Source: Prevotella sp. (GTDB lineage Bacteria > Bacteroidota > Bacteroidia > Bacteroidales > Dysgonomonadaceae). Taken from it: a stretch of DNA of 64,000 nt. Positions 1 through 8,494 of the stretch are shown here, piece by piece; position 1 is the first letter of the stretch; the number at the start of each line of letters is the position of its first letter. The DNA is taken from positions 1 to 64,000 of the forward strand of contig JAITVV010000036.1 in NCBI GenBank assembly GCA_031285625.1, written 5' to 3'. The notes under the pieces are model-generated. The model worked only from the letters and a program-made list of their open reading frames with translations, was not told the origin of the DNA and searched no databases. A program made the position numbers and the translations under genes.

Positions 1-6
1 ATTCAT
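1..6 (-). CDS. Probable 5' end (ATG AAT) of a gene running off the left edge; product unknown
   Basis: Minus strand reads AACTAAACTAGAAAATT-ATG-AAT at the edge, an A-rich Bacteroidetes-style translation start; only two codons are visible. Confidence 0.35.
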
Positions 7-74
7 AATTTTCTAGTTTAGTTAAGTATGTATGATTTAATATTTATAGTTTTATGGTTTGAAAAATGATTTTG

Positions 75-195
75 AAAAAAATCAATGCCTTGAGGAACCT
101 CCTTTACGATTTTCACAAATGGTTTGGAGATAAATACTAAAGACAACAAGCAGTATTTTTTTAAAACTCCATATTTTTCAAGACATTGAATTTGT
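75..195. repeat. Inverted-repeat-bounded element, copy 1
   Basis: Left arm AAAATCAATGCCTTGA (~78-93), right arm TCAAGACATTGAATTT (178-193); the interior CTCCTTTACGATTTTCACAAA matches copy 3. Confidence 0.7.
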
Positions 196-227
196 ATAAT
201 TGCATTAGGCAAAATAGAATAATTATA

Positions 228-315
228 TTGCCAATGTATAATATTTAAGCTTCCATGATAAGTAGGAGAAATAATCTCCGGCATTATTTGGGGAGTATTC
301 GTGATACATTGTGAA
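228..315. repeat. Inverted-repeat-bounded element, degenerate copy 2
   Basis: CAATGTAT (232-239) / ATACATTG (304-311); interior AGTAGGAGAAATAAT matches AGTAGGAAAAATAAT of copy 3. Confidence 0.45.
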
Positions 316-376
316 AAGAACATAACAGAAAATGTTAGTTTTGTCTTCATAAATGGGGTGTATGGTTTGGAGCGTT

Positions 377-511
377 GCATAAAAAATTCAATGCCTTGAT
401 GTTTCTCCTTACGATTTTCCCAAACAGTAGGAAAAATAATAATGAGGATGACAAATTCAAAGACAAATACCTATTCTCTCATTGTTTATTAAGGCATTGA
501 ATTTTTTATGC
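377..511. repeat. Inverted-repeat-bounded element, copy 3 (perfect 21-bp arms)
   Basis: GCATAAAAAATTCAATGCCTT (377-397) is the exact reverse complement of AAGGCATTGAATTTTTTATGC (491-511); 93-bp interior. Confidence 0.9.
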
Positions 512-559
512 GATGTCTTTTAATTTAAAATACTTTACAAGTAGTTATTTTGTTATCTT

Positions 560-619
560 AGCCCGTAGCCTTGTCTTCGTTGCTTGTTTTTGCAGCTCGT
601 AGCTTGTATGTTGCTTGTT
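560..619. repeat. Imperfect tandem direct repeat, two units
   Basis: AGCCCGTAGCCTTGTCTTCGTTGCTTGTT (560-588) versus AGCTCGTAGCTTGTATGTTGCTTGTT (594-619). Confidence 0.65.
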
Positions 620-1028
620 CGTTGCAATTACAAAGAAAATAATTGGACATTAAAAAAACATGTATAATCTGTAGGTAGTCATTTAATTTTTGTATTTATA
701 GTTTACTTGAATGATATATGTTAAAACTCAATTTGAATCATATTTCTTATTGGTCGAACATTGTGTCATATTTAGTTGTTTTGTATTTATGAAAATGGAT
801 ATAAATGCGATTATTTCATATTTTTCGATAAGTAAGAAAGGGGTAAAATCTTTTATCTTTAATCCGGGAATGAAAGCGATCCAAAAAATATTCTTTAGCA
901 TATATCAAGCTGCAAATAGAAATTCTGACCATAAATGTTTATATATGTATGGTATCCAGATATTTGTTCTTCATTCTTTTGTTAATAATCTTAACACTTT
1001 AAATAATTATACAATCCAATAATTTTAT

Positions 1029-1994
1029 ATGAAAAATTATAGTGAACTTGATTTCATTAACAAAATATTGGAAAGAATTCCTTCTGATATAAAGGCTGCT
1101 GATTATTTAGCAGAAACCTTAAATTTGGGTAAAGAATCTGTATATCGGCGTCTAAGGGGGATTATTCCTTTTACATTCGAAGAAGTATTGAGTTTATCTA
1201 AAATATTAGGGTTTTCGATGGATGAAATACTTAAAGGTAATAAAAGTGAATATGCATCATTTAATGTAATGAATGATAGGCTTATAGGTGCCGAAGATGG
1301 CTTTCTTAAAATGTATAGATTTCATCGTGAAATTATGGAAGAAATCCATAAATCAGAGAATAATCATATGACAGTATCCAGTAACCGCATACTGGCCATT
1401 TTTGCAAGTCCCTTTGATCATCTTTTTAAGTTCTTTTATTACAAATGGTTGCATCAGTTTGGATATACCTCTTTAAATTTTAAGTTTTCGGATGTACTGG
1501 TTCCTGATGAACTGAATGATCTGCGAAGAAAAGTAATAAGCCATCCCGGCACTTTAAATATGCATTTTATAACAGATAGGAATGTATTATATAATACTAT
1601 TAAAGAAATTAGATACTATATTGATAGAGGCCTGATGGATAAGGAAGGAATACAATTGATTAAAAACGACTTAAGAATGTTTATCGAGACATTTTTTTCA
1701 TTCTCTGTAGACAATGTATCTGAAGAAGAACTAAAATCCGAGGTTTATATATCATCCCTCAATATAGAAGGTAACACCTCTTATATTGTTTATGATAATA
1801 AAGTATTATCATATTGCTGGACTTATTCAGATACGGGTATATATACTTCAGATACAGTCTTTTGTGCTCTTCAGAAAGATTGGCTCGATTCTTTGAAAAA
1901 ATATACTATTCTTATTTCTAATTCGAACCAGAAAATGCAGGCGGAATTATATAATTTATTTATTAATCAACTAGAAACATTGACTCAAGAATAG
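1029..1994 (+). CDS. Putative transcriptional regulator with N-terminal HTH (Bacteroidetes GKESVYRRLRG family)
   Basis: 321-aa ORF; HTH-like LAETLNLGKESVYRRLRGIIPFTFEEVLSLSKILGFSMDE; paralogous to the next ORF. Confidence 0.8.
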   Translation: MKNYSELDFINKILERIPSDIKAADYLAETLNLGKESVYRRLRGIIPFTFEEVLSLSKILGFSMDEILKGNKSEYASFNVMNDRLIGAEDGFLKMYRFHREIMEEIHKSENNHMTVSSNRILAIFASPFDHLFKFFYYKWLHQFGYTSLNFKFSDVLVPDELNDLRRKVISHPGTLNMHFITDRNVLYNTIKEIRYYIDRGLMDKEGIQLIKNDLRMFIETFFSFSVDNVSEEELKSEVYISSLNIEGNTSYIVYDNKVLSYCWTYSDTGIYTSDTVFCALQKDWLDSLKKYTILISNSNQKMQAELYNLFINQLETLTQE

Positions 1995-2023
1995 GAATCC
2001 TGAAAAGAAAGGATAAGAAAACG

Positions 2024-2980
2024 ATGGATAATAAATTAAAAGAAATTCTTATAAAAAAGATACTGGATAATATACCAACTAATGTAAAACCGGTTAATTA
2101 TTTGACTGATATCTTAGACATGGGTAAAGAATCTGTTTACAGGCGTTTGAATGGACAGATCGGGTTTACTCTGGCTGAAATTGTAAAATTATCAACTGAG
2201 TTAAATTTCTCTTTAAATGAGATACATAGTGAATATGATAATAATTTAGCAGTATTTGAATTTTATAAAGACAGGTTAAATGGTCCTGAACAGAGTTTCT
2301 ATACATTACTGCAGTCATTCTATGACAGGATGATTACTGTTTATGGCGCTGATCAAAGCCATACTGATATGGCTATAAATCGTTTGCTCGGATCACTAGC
2401 TTTACAGTATGATTATTTGTATAAGTTTGTGTATTATAAATGGATACATCAATTTGATAAGGTTCCTTTGAATTACTATTATCGCGATCTTGAACTTTCA
2501 TCTGACATGATTAGTATGGTGAAGAAGGGTACCTATTATCAGCAACGGTTAAGTAAAACAATTATTCTGGATGAGAATACACTCTACAATACGATTCAGG
2601 AGATAAAATATTATAGGGACAGAGGGCTTATTGATGATGAAGAAGCGTTGCTGATCAAAGGGGATCTGATAAAGCTGCTAGGAAATCTTGAATTTGTATT
2701 AAATACTGGAAAGAACCATGTAGGCACGAGTTGGGAAATATACTTATGCTCAATAGATGTTTGTTCTAATGCTACCTGTCTAAACTACGATGGACAAGTA
2801 TCTTCTTCATTCTGGTTACACTCTGATGGAGCCATAAATACATCTGATCATCAGATATACAATTTACAGATGGAATGGATAGATTCTTTAAAAAAATACT
2901 CCACCCTGATAACTAAGTCGAATCAGAAGATGCAAGCTGATTTCTTGAATAGGCAATATAAACTTTTAGAAGAGTTCTAG
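2024..2980 (+). CDS. Putative transcriptional regulator, tandem paralogue of 1029..1994
   Basis: 318-aa ORF; shares GKESVYRRL, KF.YYKW.HQF, LYNTI.EI.YY.DRGL and W.DSLKKY..LI..SNQKMQA with the upstream ORF. Confidence 0.8.
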   Translation: MDNKLKEILIKKILDNIPTNVKPVNYLTDILDMGKESVYRRLNGQIGFTLAEIVKLSTELNFSLNEIHSEYDNNLAVFEFYKDRLNGPEQSFYTLLQSFYDRMITVYGADQSHTDMAINRLLGSLALQYDYLYKFVYYKWIHQFDKVPLNYYYRDLELSSDMISMVKKGTYYQQRLSKTIILDENTLYNTIQEIKYYRDRGLIDDEEALLIKGDLIKLLGNLEFVLNTGKNHVGTSWEIYLCSIDVCSNATCLNYDGQVSSSFWLHSDGAINTSDHQIYNLQMEWIDSLKKYSTLITKSNQKMQADFLNRQYKLLEEF

Positions 2981-3080
2981 TTATATATTTTAATAAACGA
3001 TCCTCCGTCGAAAAAGGAATTGCATAATACACCATGTTACCTGATAAAAATGAGTATTTTTATCAATTAATTTTTCGGAT

Positions 3081-4736
3081 ATGGATAATATTAAAAAGAT
3101 AAAACGAACTGCGCAATTGGCTACAGTCCTAACAAAATATGGATTTGAAACGCTAGTTACACAAACTGATATAAAGAAGCTTATTCCGGATGCCTATATA
3201 CAGCATAGCGAGAAACGGAAAGAAATTTTCTCTTTAAATATATATGAGCGTATCCGGATGGTTCTCGAAGAATTGGGGCCTGCCTATGTAAAGCTAGGAC
3301 AATTATTGAGTAACCGAGATGATTTGTTGCCGGAGGAACTGACGGGTGAACTACAAAAGCTCCAAGATGATGTTTCTTATAAGGATATTGATATATGCAC
3401 AACACTGAAAGAAGAACTGGGGATAGAACCGGATAAGCTATTTGAAGAAATAAATACTGTTCCTATTGCGGCAGCTTCATTATCGCAGGTATACACTGCC
3501 ATATTGAGGGAGGGACAGCAAAAAATAATAATAAAAGTAAAACGAAAAGGTATTAGTGAAATCATTGAGGCTGATGTACTGATCATGAAAGATTTTGCAC
3601 ATTTGCTTGAAAAGTATTATGATGCAGCTAAAAAAGTAGGGCTTTATAATATTGTATGCACATTTGAGAATTCTATACTTTCCGAAATGTCATTTGTACA
3701 AGAATTAATCAATATAGAGCGGTTCAGAGTAAACTTCGAAGGTAACGATTCTATTTATATACCAAAGACATACAAGGAATTGTCGAATAGCAATATTCTC
3801 TGTATGGAATTTATTGATGGGATAAAGATATCAGACAGAGAGAAACTGATAGATAACGGACTGAATACTACAGATATTGCTTCTACGGTGGTTGACTTAT
3901 ACCTGAAACAAGTGATTGATTATGGTTTCTTTCATGCTGATCCTCATTCCGGTAATATATTTGTTCTGACTACTGGGCAGATTGCCTTTATAGACTATGG
4001 TTCGGTGGGAAAGATGCTCCCGAGGGATAAAGAGCACCTTGCTGATTTTGTTATTTATGCACTCCGAAAAGACACAAAACGTATGATCAGAGTGATAAAG
4101 AAAGTAGCAGTGAAGTATAGCATTTCCAATGAGACCCGTATGGAACGCGACCTTTATGAATTTCTTGATGTTATGGAGAGCAGTTCGATCAGGGAATTGG
4201 ATTCGAAAGACATGATGAAGCGGTTGAGTAAACTATTGAATGAGAATCAGACTGTTTTGCCGGAATATGTTTATTTACTGGTAAGAGGTATCGTCCTGCT
4301 TGAAGGAATAGGACGGGAACTGGGGCTTGATATAAATATAATAGAAAGTGTAAAGCCTTATGGAATTAAGATGATGAAAAGACGTTTGAATCCACAATAT
4401 CTGACAAACAAACTAATAGATAAATTATATAATCTGGGAGACCGCCTGGAAGAAATGCCTGAAGATGTTCACTCTTTAGTACAAAAGATTAATAATGATG
4501 AGCTAAAGGTTACTCACAGTATAAACGGATTAAGTGATATAAGAAACACAATCAATCGTTTGGTAATTGCCATAATCATATCTGCATCAGCAATTGGGTC
4601 TTCAATTCTTATATTAGCTAAAATGCCTCCTTTGCTGTGGAATGTCTCAGTATTAGGATTCCTTGGTTTTGTATTTTCTATGGTGATGACCATTATTTTA
4701 ATACTTATTATTCTTCGGAATAAAATAGATAATTAG
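3081..4736 (+). CDS. AarF/ABC1/UbiB family atypical kinase
   Basis: LGPAYVKLGQ (KxGQ), AAASLSQVY, HADPHSGN and IDYG motifs; two C-terminal TM helices. Confidence 0.92.
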   Translation: MDNIKKIKRTAQLATVLTKYGFETLVTQTDIKKLIPDAYIQHSEKRKEIFSLNIYERIRMVLEELGPAYVKLGQLLSNRDDLLPEELTGELQKLQDDVSYKDIDICTTLKEELGIEPDKLFEEINTVPIAAASLSQVYTAILREGQQKIIIKVKRKGISEIIEADVLIMKDFAHLLEKYYDAAKKVGLYNIVCTFENSILSEMSFVQELINIERFRVNFEGNDSIYIPKTYKELSNSNILCMEFIDGIKISDREKLIDNGLNTTDIASTVVDLYLKQVIDYGFFHADPHSGNIFVLTTGQIAFIDYGSVGKMLPRDKEHLADFVIYALRKDTKRMIRVIKKVAVKYSISNETRMERDLYEFLDVMESSSIRELDSKDMMKRLSKLLNENQTVLPEYVYLLVRGIVLLEGIGRELGLDINIIESVKPYGIKMMKRRLNPQYLTNKLIDKLYNLGDRLEEMPEDVHSLVQKINNDELKVTHSINGLSDIRNTINRLVIAIIISASAIGSSILILAKMPPLLWNVSVLGFLGFVFSMVMTIILILIILRNKIDN

Positions 4737-4740
4737 AATA

Positions 4741-4770
4741 TAAAAGCCTGATAAGATTATCAGGCTTTTA
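4741..4770. terminator. Bidirectional intrinsic terminator
   Basis: TAAAAGCCTGATAA-GA-TTATCAGGCTTTTA perfect stem between convergent genes. Confidence 0.85.
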
Positions 4771-4786
4771 TTCATTTACTATATCT

Positions 4787-6049
4787 TTATTCAAGAATTA
4801 TCAGAGGTTTGTCTGATATATCCGTGCTGGATGATTTCGATTTGGTTGTATCATTCTTCTTACATCTGATAGGAAGTTGTGCAGAATAAGTGATATTGGC
4901 AAATTTGCTACTATTGATAGTTCCATCAATATAACTGGCAAATCCCCAAAGATTCTCTAACACATTACCATTACTTGGAACCAGTTCATCTCTTGTTGTA
5001 TCACTTGCCCAGAATATTCCAGCTTGATTTGCCAGAACTACTCTTTGGAGATATTCCGGATAAGTAGAGGGATCTGTTTTCCCTACATAGTCGTAATCTG
5101 GAGTCGGGTTTATGGTCCCACTATTTGTTACATAGCCTAATAGGTGAGCATTAAATCCTCCTTGTTCACGGCTTCTGCTGCGTGCATCCGCAGCTTCTTC
5201 TATAGCCATCATATTATAATCAATATTTGCATTGATTCTGCTATGTGCATACTGGCATGGATTCTGGTAAACAATATCTGCAAGCTCTGCCCATTCCGCC
5301 AGGGTAGGTACATGCCATCCATCAGGACAAATTCCTTGTATTCCGGTTGTCGGCTTGGCTGCCTTCATCTCGTCCCATGTTGTTCTTAATGCTGCCCATC
5401 CATTATAGATATAACCATATTCAGGATGACTGCTCATGAAATTTTTATCCAGTTTAGGATACCAAAACATAGGTTCGTAGTATCGGGAATTATATACAGG
5501 TCTATATTTTCCGGGCTCTTTAAATACACCATCCGATCCGTCAGGCCACTTTTCTGCTCTGAGGTTTTCAAGCATCCACCATCCGGCATTACCAAATTTA
5601 CCTATTTGATATTGTTCTGTTTTGGAGGGGTTGCGTTTATCTATCAATATATCTGTTTCGCCAGGGAATATACCTTCTCCTAAAGGAATCCATTCTTTTC
5701 CATCCCAAACTTGTACCCCGGGATAAATGTCTTCACAAAGGTCTGTATTCAGATTGTATACCACCAGTCCGGTATGAAGAGCATCTTCTGTGTCCTTTTT
5801 TTGATCTGTGTTATTTTCATAATTGGTATCGCCCGTAAACATAGGGAAAAGGTTACTTTTGTCTGTCAGATTAACGCGGGGTAGTCCCAATCCTCCATTT
5901 GCATTTGCTCCTGCACTTGAATTTTCCTTTATATCAAGTAATCCACCGGCTATAGGGGCTTTATCAGAACCTATCGTTACCTGTCCTGATAAATTAGTAC
6001 TTATTAAGACAGTAATGCTGAATAATAAGAATGTAAAATTTGTTTTCAT
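4787..6049 (-). CDS. Secreted FISUMP (Fibrobacter succinogenes major paralogous domain) protein
   Basis: Signal peptide; N-terminal QVTIG..LLDIK..GLGLPRV..GLVVYN..WDG module; WMLENLR, QGICPDGWHVPT..EW, FWAS and IRCKK motifs. Confidence 0.85.
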   Translation of the reverse strand: MKTNFTFLLFSITVLISTNLSGQVTIGSDKAPIAGGLLDIKENSSAGANANGGLGLPRVNLTDKSNLFPMFTGDTNYENNTDQKKDTEDALHTGLVVYNLNTDLCEDIYPGVQVWDGKEWIPLGEGIFPGETDILIDKRNPSKTEQYQIGKFGNAGWWMLENLRAEKWPDGSDGVFKEPGKYRPVYNSRYYEPMFWYPKLDKNFMSSHPEYGYIYNGWAALRTTWDEMKAAKPTTGIQGICPDGWHVPTLAEWAELADIVYQNPCQYAHSRINANIDYNMMAIEEAADARSRSREQGGFNAHLLGYVTNSGTINPTPDYDYVGKTDPSTYPEYLQRVVLANQAGIFWASDTTRDELVPSNGNVLENLWGFASYIDGTINSSKFANITYSAQLPIRCKKNDTTKSKSSSTDISDKPLIILE

Positions 6050-6111
6050 AATTTGTAATTTCGTTGTCTTATGTTTGATTAAATAAGTGGAATTTATATT
6101 GTAGAAATGCT

Positions 6112-6201
6112 ATCAATGCCCTCATATTTACTAACTACTAGTAGATAATAAAGAGGGAATAATATGAAGATAAAAACACTCCATTCTTCCGAGGCATTGA
6201 T
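6112..6201. repeat. Inverted-repeat-bounded element, copy 4, in the FISUMP gene leader
   Basis: ATCAATGCCCTC (6112-6123) / GAGGCATTGAT (6191-6201); tail AAAACACTCCATT resembles AAAACTCCATA of copy 1. Confidence 0.7.
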
Positions 6202-6220
6202 CCTGTTTTTGTCTGTTGTG

Positions 6221-6228
6221 CAAATGTA
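6221..6228 (-). promoter_or_regulatory. Bacteroidetes sigma-A -7 element for the FISUMP gene
   Basis: TACATTTG on the minus strand matches TAnnTTTG. Confidence 0.6.
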
Positions 6229-6378
6229 TAGATCGTATGGAAGAAGGTATTCTTATTCTGGCAAATAAAGGTATGTCTGTCGCAAATAGGGAGTATGAAT
6301 GCAGCAATGAATGGTGCTATATTTGCAACTGACTTATTATCAATGAGTGGAGCTGATTGTTACAAGATAAATTCTATG

Positions 6379-8094
6379 TTAGTTTTTTGTATTTTCTATG
6401 GATAAATCCCTCATTTCTTTAGGAGTTAAATTATATTTTTGCTTGAATAATCTATAGAAAGTACTTTTATTAAGAAATCCGGAATCTATATATACAACTT
6501 CGATTGATAATTCGGGTTGATTACATAGCAAATGCCGGGCATATTCCAATCTCAGATCATTTATATATTCCATAAATGTCATTTTTTTGCTTTCTTGAAT
6601 GGCTTGTGTGAGATATTGTCTGTTTGTACCAAGTTCAAGAGCTAGCTTTTCTCTTGACAGATCTGGTTCCAGAAAACATAATGTATTTTGAAGATGAATT
6701 ACCATTTTATCATATAGAGATTTCTCTTCCGGTATTTCAACATTATTTGATTTTGATGATAGGAGGCTACTTATCTGATTCTTGTATTTGTCCATCTCAT
6801 TGTATTGTTCAAATAGCTTCCCATTCTTTTTCTTAAGTATGTTGAGATTTCTTTTTACGATGGCGACTACAATAAATAGTAGTATGCATATCACAACTAA
6901 GAAAATTATAAGTATTCTGGTGTTTTGTAGTTTAAGTTTTTCTTTTTCAATCTGATTTTCCAATTTGGATACATGGTATGTTGTACGCAATTCATTAATT
7001 TGCTTGCTCGTATTAGCTTTTTCTAACGAGTCGGAAAAATGGGTAATACTATTTTTTAAAAGGATAGCATTTTCAAAGTCATTTTTGGCAGAATATATGT
7101 CAATCTTTTTTGTGGTAGCAGAAATATAATTTATATTGTCTCCTATCTCCGAAAATCGTTTTATCGCTTGATCTATAGCTTCTAAAGCTTTATTGTATTC
7201 TCTGGTATACAGATAGTAGTCAGCATAGAGGCTTTGTATATAATAGTAATATTTTTCTGCTTTATCTGAGGTATGTTGTGCAGATAGAATATCTAATATT
7301 TGTTTTGCCTCTTTCCATCTTTTTAGTTTTATTAAAGAGGTCGCCCTGTTCAGATCTAGTAAAGTCGGTAATATCTGATAACTCCTGTTTTGAGGATTTT
7401 TATTGATGTAAAATTCTGCTGAATCGCAATATGATAGAGCTTCTTCATACTTACCTTCAGCATCAGCTATCTGTGATCCGCTAGAAAAAATAAAAGGCAG
7501 GCTCGATTCAATTCTGGAATTAATTTCAGGCCGGATGTCCATCATCTTTTGAAAAGTAGCGCTGGCTTCTGCAGGCCTTTCTAATATCATATATATATTA
7601 GAAAGTAACTCATATACTTCAAACTCTTGATATTTATCATGATTACTTTGTACATCTTCGAGTAACGATTTTGTCTTTTCCAAAGCTATATCGGCACTCT
7701 CATATTGCATCGTCCATTGAATAAGTACCAGATCTATACGGGAAGCATCATTTTTGGCCCCTTCTTTATTAAAATAGTATTTTGCTTGCTGGGCGAAGTA
7801 GGGGATACTGTCCTTTTGTTCCAGGTTCATATTGGTTAATAACATATATCTGTAAGCCAAAGCAATATAGTGATCCTCTTTTAATTGTTCTGCTATGTTT
7901 TTAAGTGTACGGGCATTTGATATGCCTTCTTTACCAAAAACAGAAGAAGAGCATATTTTGGCAAGAGAATCGAGCTTTTCTTTATTCCATTGTTCCTCAC
8001 TAATATTTGCCGGAGATTCGGTACATGAATATAGGAAATGAAATATTCCTATTATTACCGATGTAATGAGTATAATTCGTTGTAGTTTGTTCAT
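6379..8094 (-). CDS. Membrane-spanning AraC family regulator (TPR-like sensor, TM helix, C-terminal AraC HTH)
   Basis: Signal/lipobox-like N terminus, helical repeats, TM ILIIFLVVICILLFIVVAIV, FLEPDLSREKLALELGTNRQYL...SGFLNKSTFYRLFKQKYNLTP. Confidence 0.9.
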   Translation of the reverse strand: MNKLQRIILITSVIIGIFHFLYSCTESPANISEEQWNKEKLDSLAKICSSSVFGKEGISNARTLKNIAEQLKEDHYIALAYRYMLLTNMNLEQKDSIPYFAQQAKYYFNKEGAKNDASRIDLVLIQWTMQYESADIALEKTKSLLEDVQSNHDKYQEFEVYELLSNIYMILERPAEASATFQKMMDIRPEINSRIESSLPFIFSSGSQIADAEGKYEEALSYCDSAEFYINKNPQNRSYQILPTLLDLNRATSLIKLKRWKEAKQILDILSAQHTSDKAEKYYYYIQSLYADYYLYTREYNKALEAIDQAIKRFSEIGDNINYISATTKKIDIYSAKNDFENAILLKNSITHFSDSLEKANTSKQINELRTTYHVSKLENQIEKEKLKLQNTRILIIFLVVICILLFIVVAIVKRNLNILKKKNGKLFEQYNEMDKYKNQISSLLSSKSNNVEIPEEKSLYDKMVIHLQNTLCFLEPDLSREKLALELGTNRQYLTQAIQESKKMTFMEYINDLRLEYARHLLCNQPELSIEVVYIDSGFLNKSTFYRLFKQKYNLTPKEMRDLSIENTKN

Positions 8095-8183
8095 AAGTAA
8101 ATATGTCCTATTTCTGAAGTACTGTTACCCTGTACTTTTTAAATAGAATATGAGATATTATTGATACTGTCTTTTGTCCGGTG

Positions 8184-8191
8184 CAAAAATA
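8184..8191 (-). promoter_or_regulatory. -7 promoter element for the AraC gene
   Basis: TATTTTTG on the minus strand, ~90 bp upstream of the ATG. Confidence 0.5.
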
Positions 8192-8442
8192 TATGTTATA
8201 TTTAATGTGAACAAGTTTTTAACTTTTTTAAGTTTGTTATGAATTAGACTCGGTTGAATCCAATTCATTTTTGACTGATATTGTTAAAACGTAGCTTTTT
8301 TTAGTAAAATGGGATTTTATGTAGTTAGATTATTCTTTTTTTTACTAATTTTGGAGGCGATATGAAGTCGGAACTTCTATTGTTAGTGGATAAATTGTAA
8401 AGACAGCAAGCAATATACTTACTCCTTATTTTTCAGGAAAAT

Positions 8443-8471
8443 AAAAAAGCTTATCAGTATGATAAGCTTTT
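8443..8471 (-). terminator. Intrinsic terminator after secG, possibly bidirectional
   Basis: AAAAGCTTATCA-GTA-TGATAAGCTTTT stem with A/T tracts on both sides. Confidence 0.8.
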
Positions 8472-8494
8472 CGTATATAATATAGTAACTAATT

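Noticed and set aside
18-380. 120-aa minus-strand ORF
   Set aside because: Runs through the repeat array in very AT-rich DNA with no recognisable motif; probably spurious, though not excluded
377-511. Classical Bacteroides invertible promoter
   Set aside because: No TAnnTTTG consensus found between the arms and no recombinase in the window; kept only as an alternative hypothesis
53-515. CRISPR array or integron attC array
   Set aside because: Units are long and degenerate with conserved interiors, there are no identical 25-45 bp repeats, no cas or integrase genes, and no RYYYAAC/GTTRRRY ends
711-1022. 103-aa ORF upstream of the HTH pair
   Set aside because: F/I/K/N-rich composition typical of AT-rich intergenic DNA; it covers the likely promoter region
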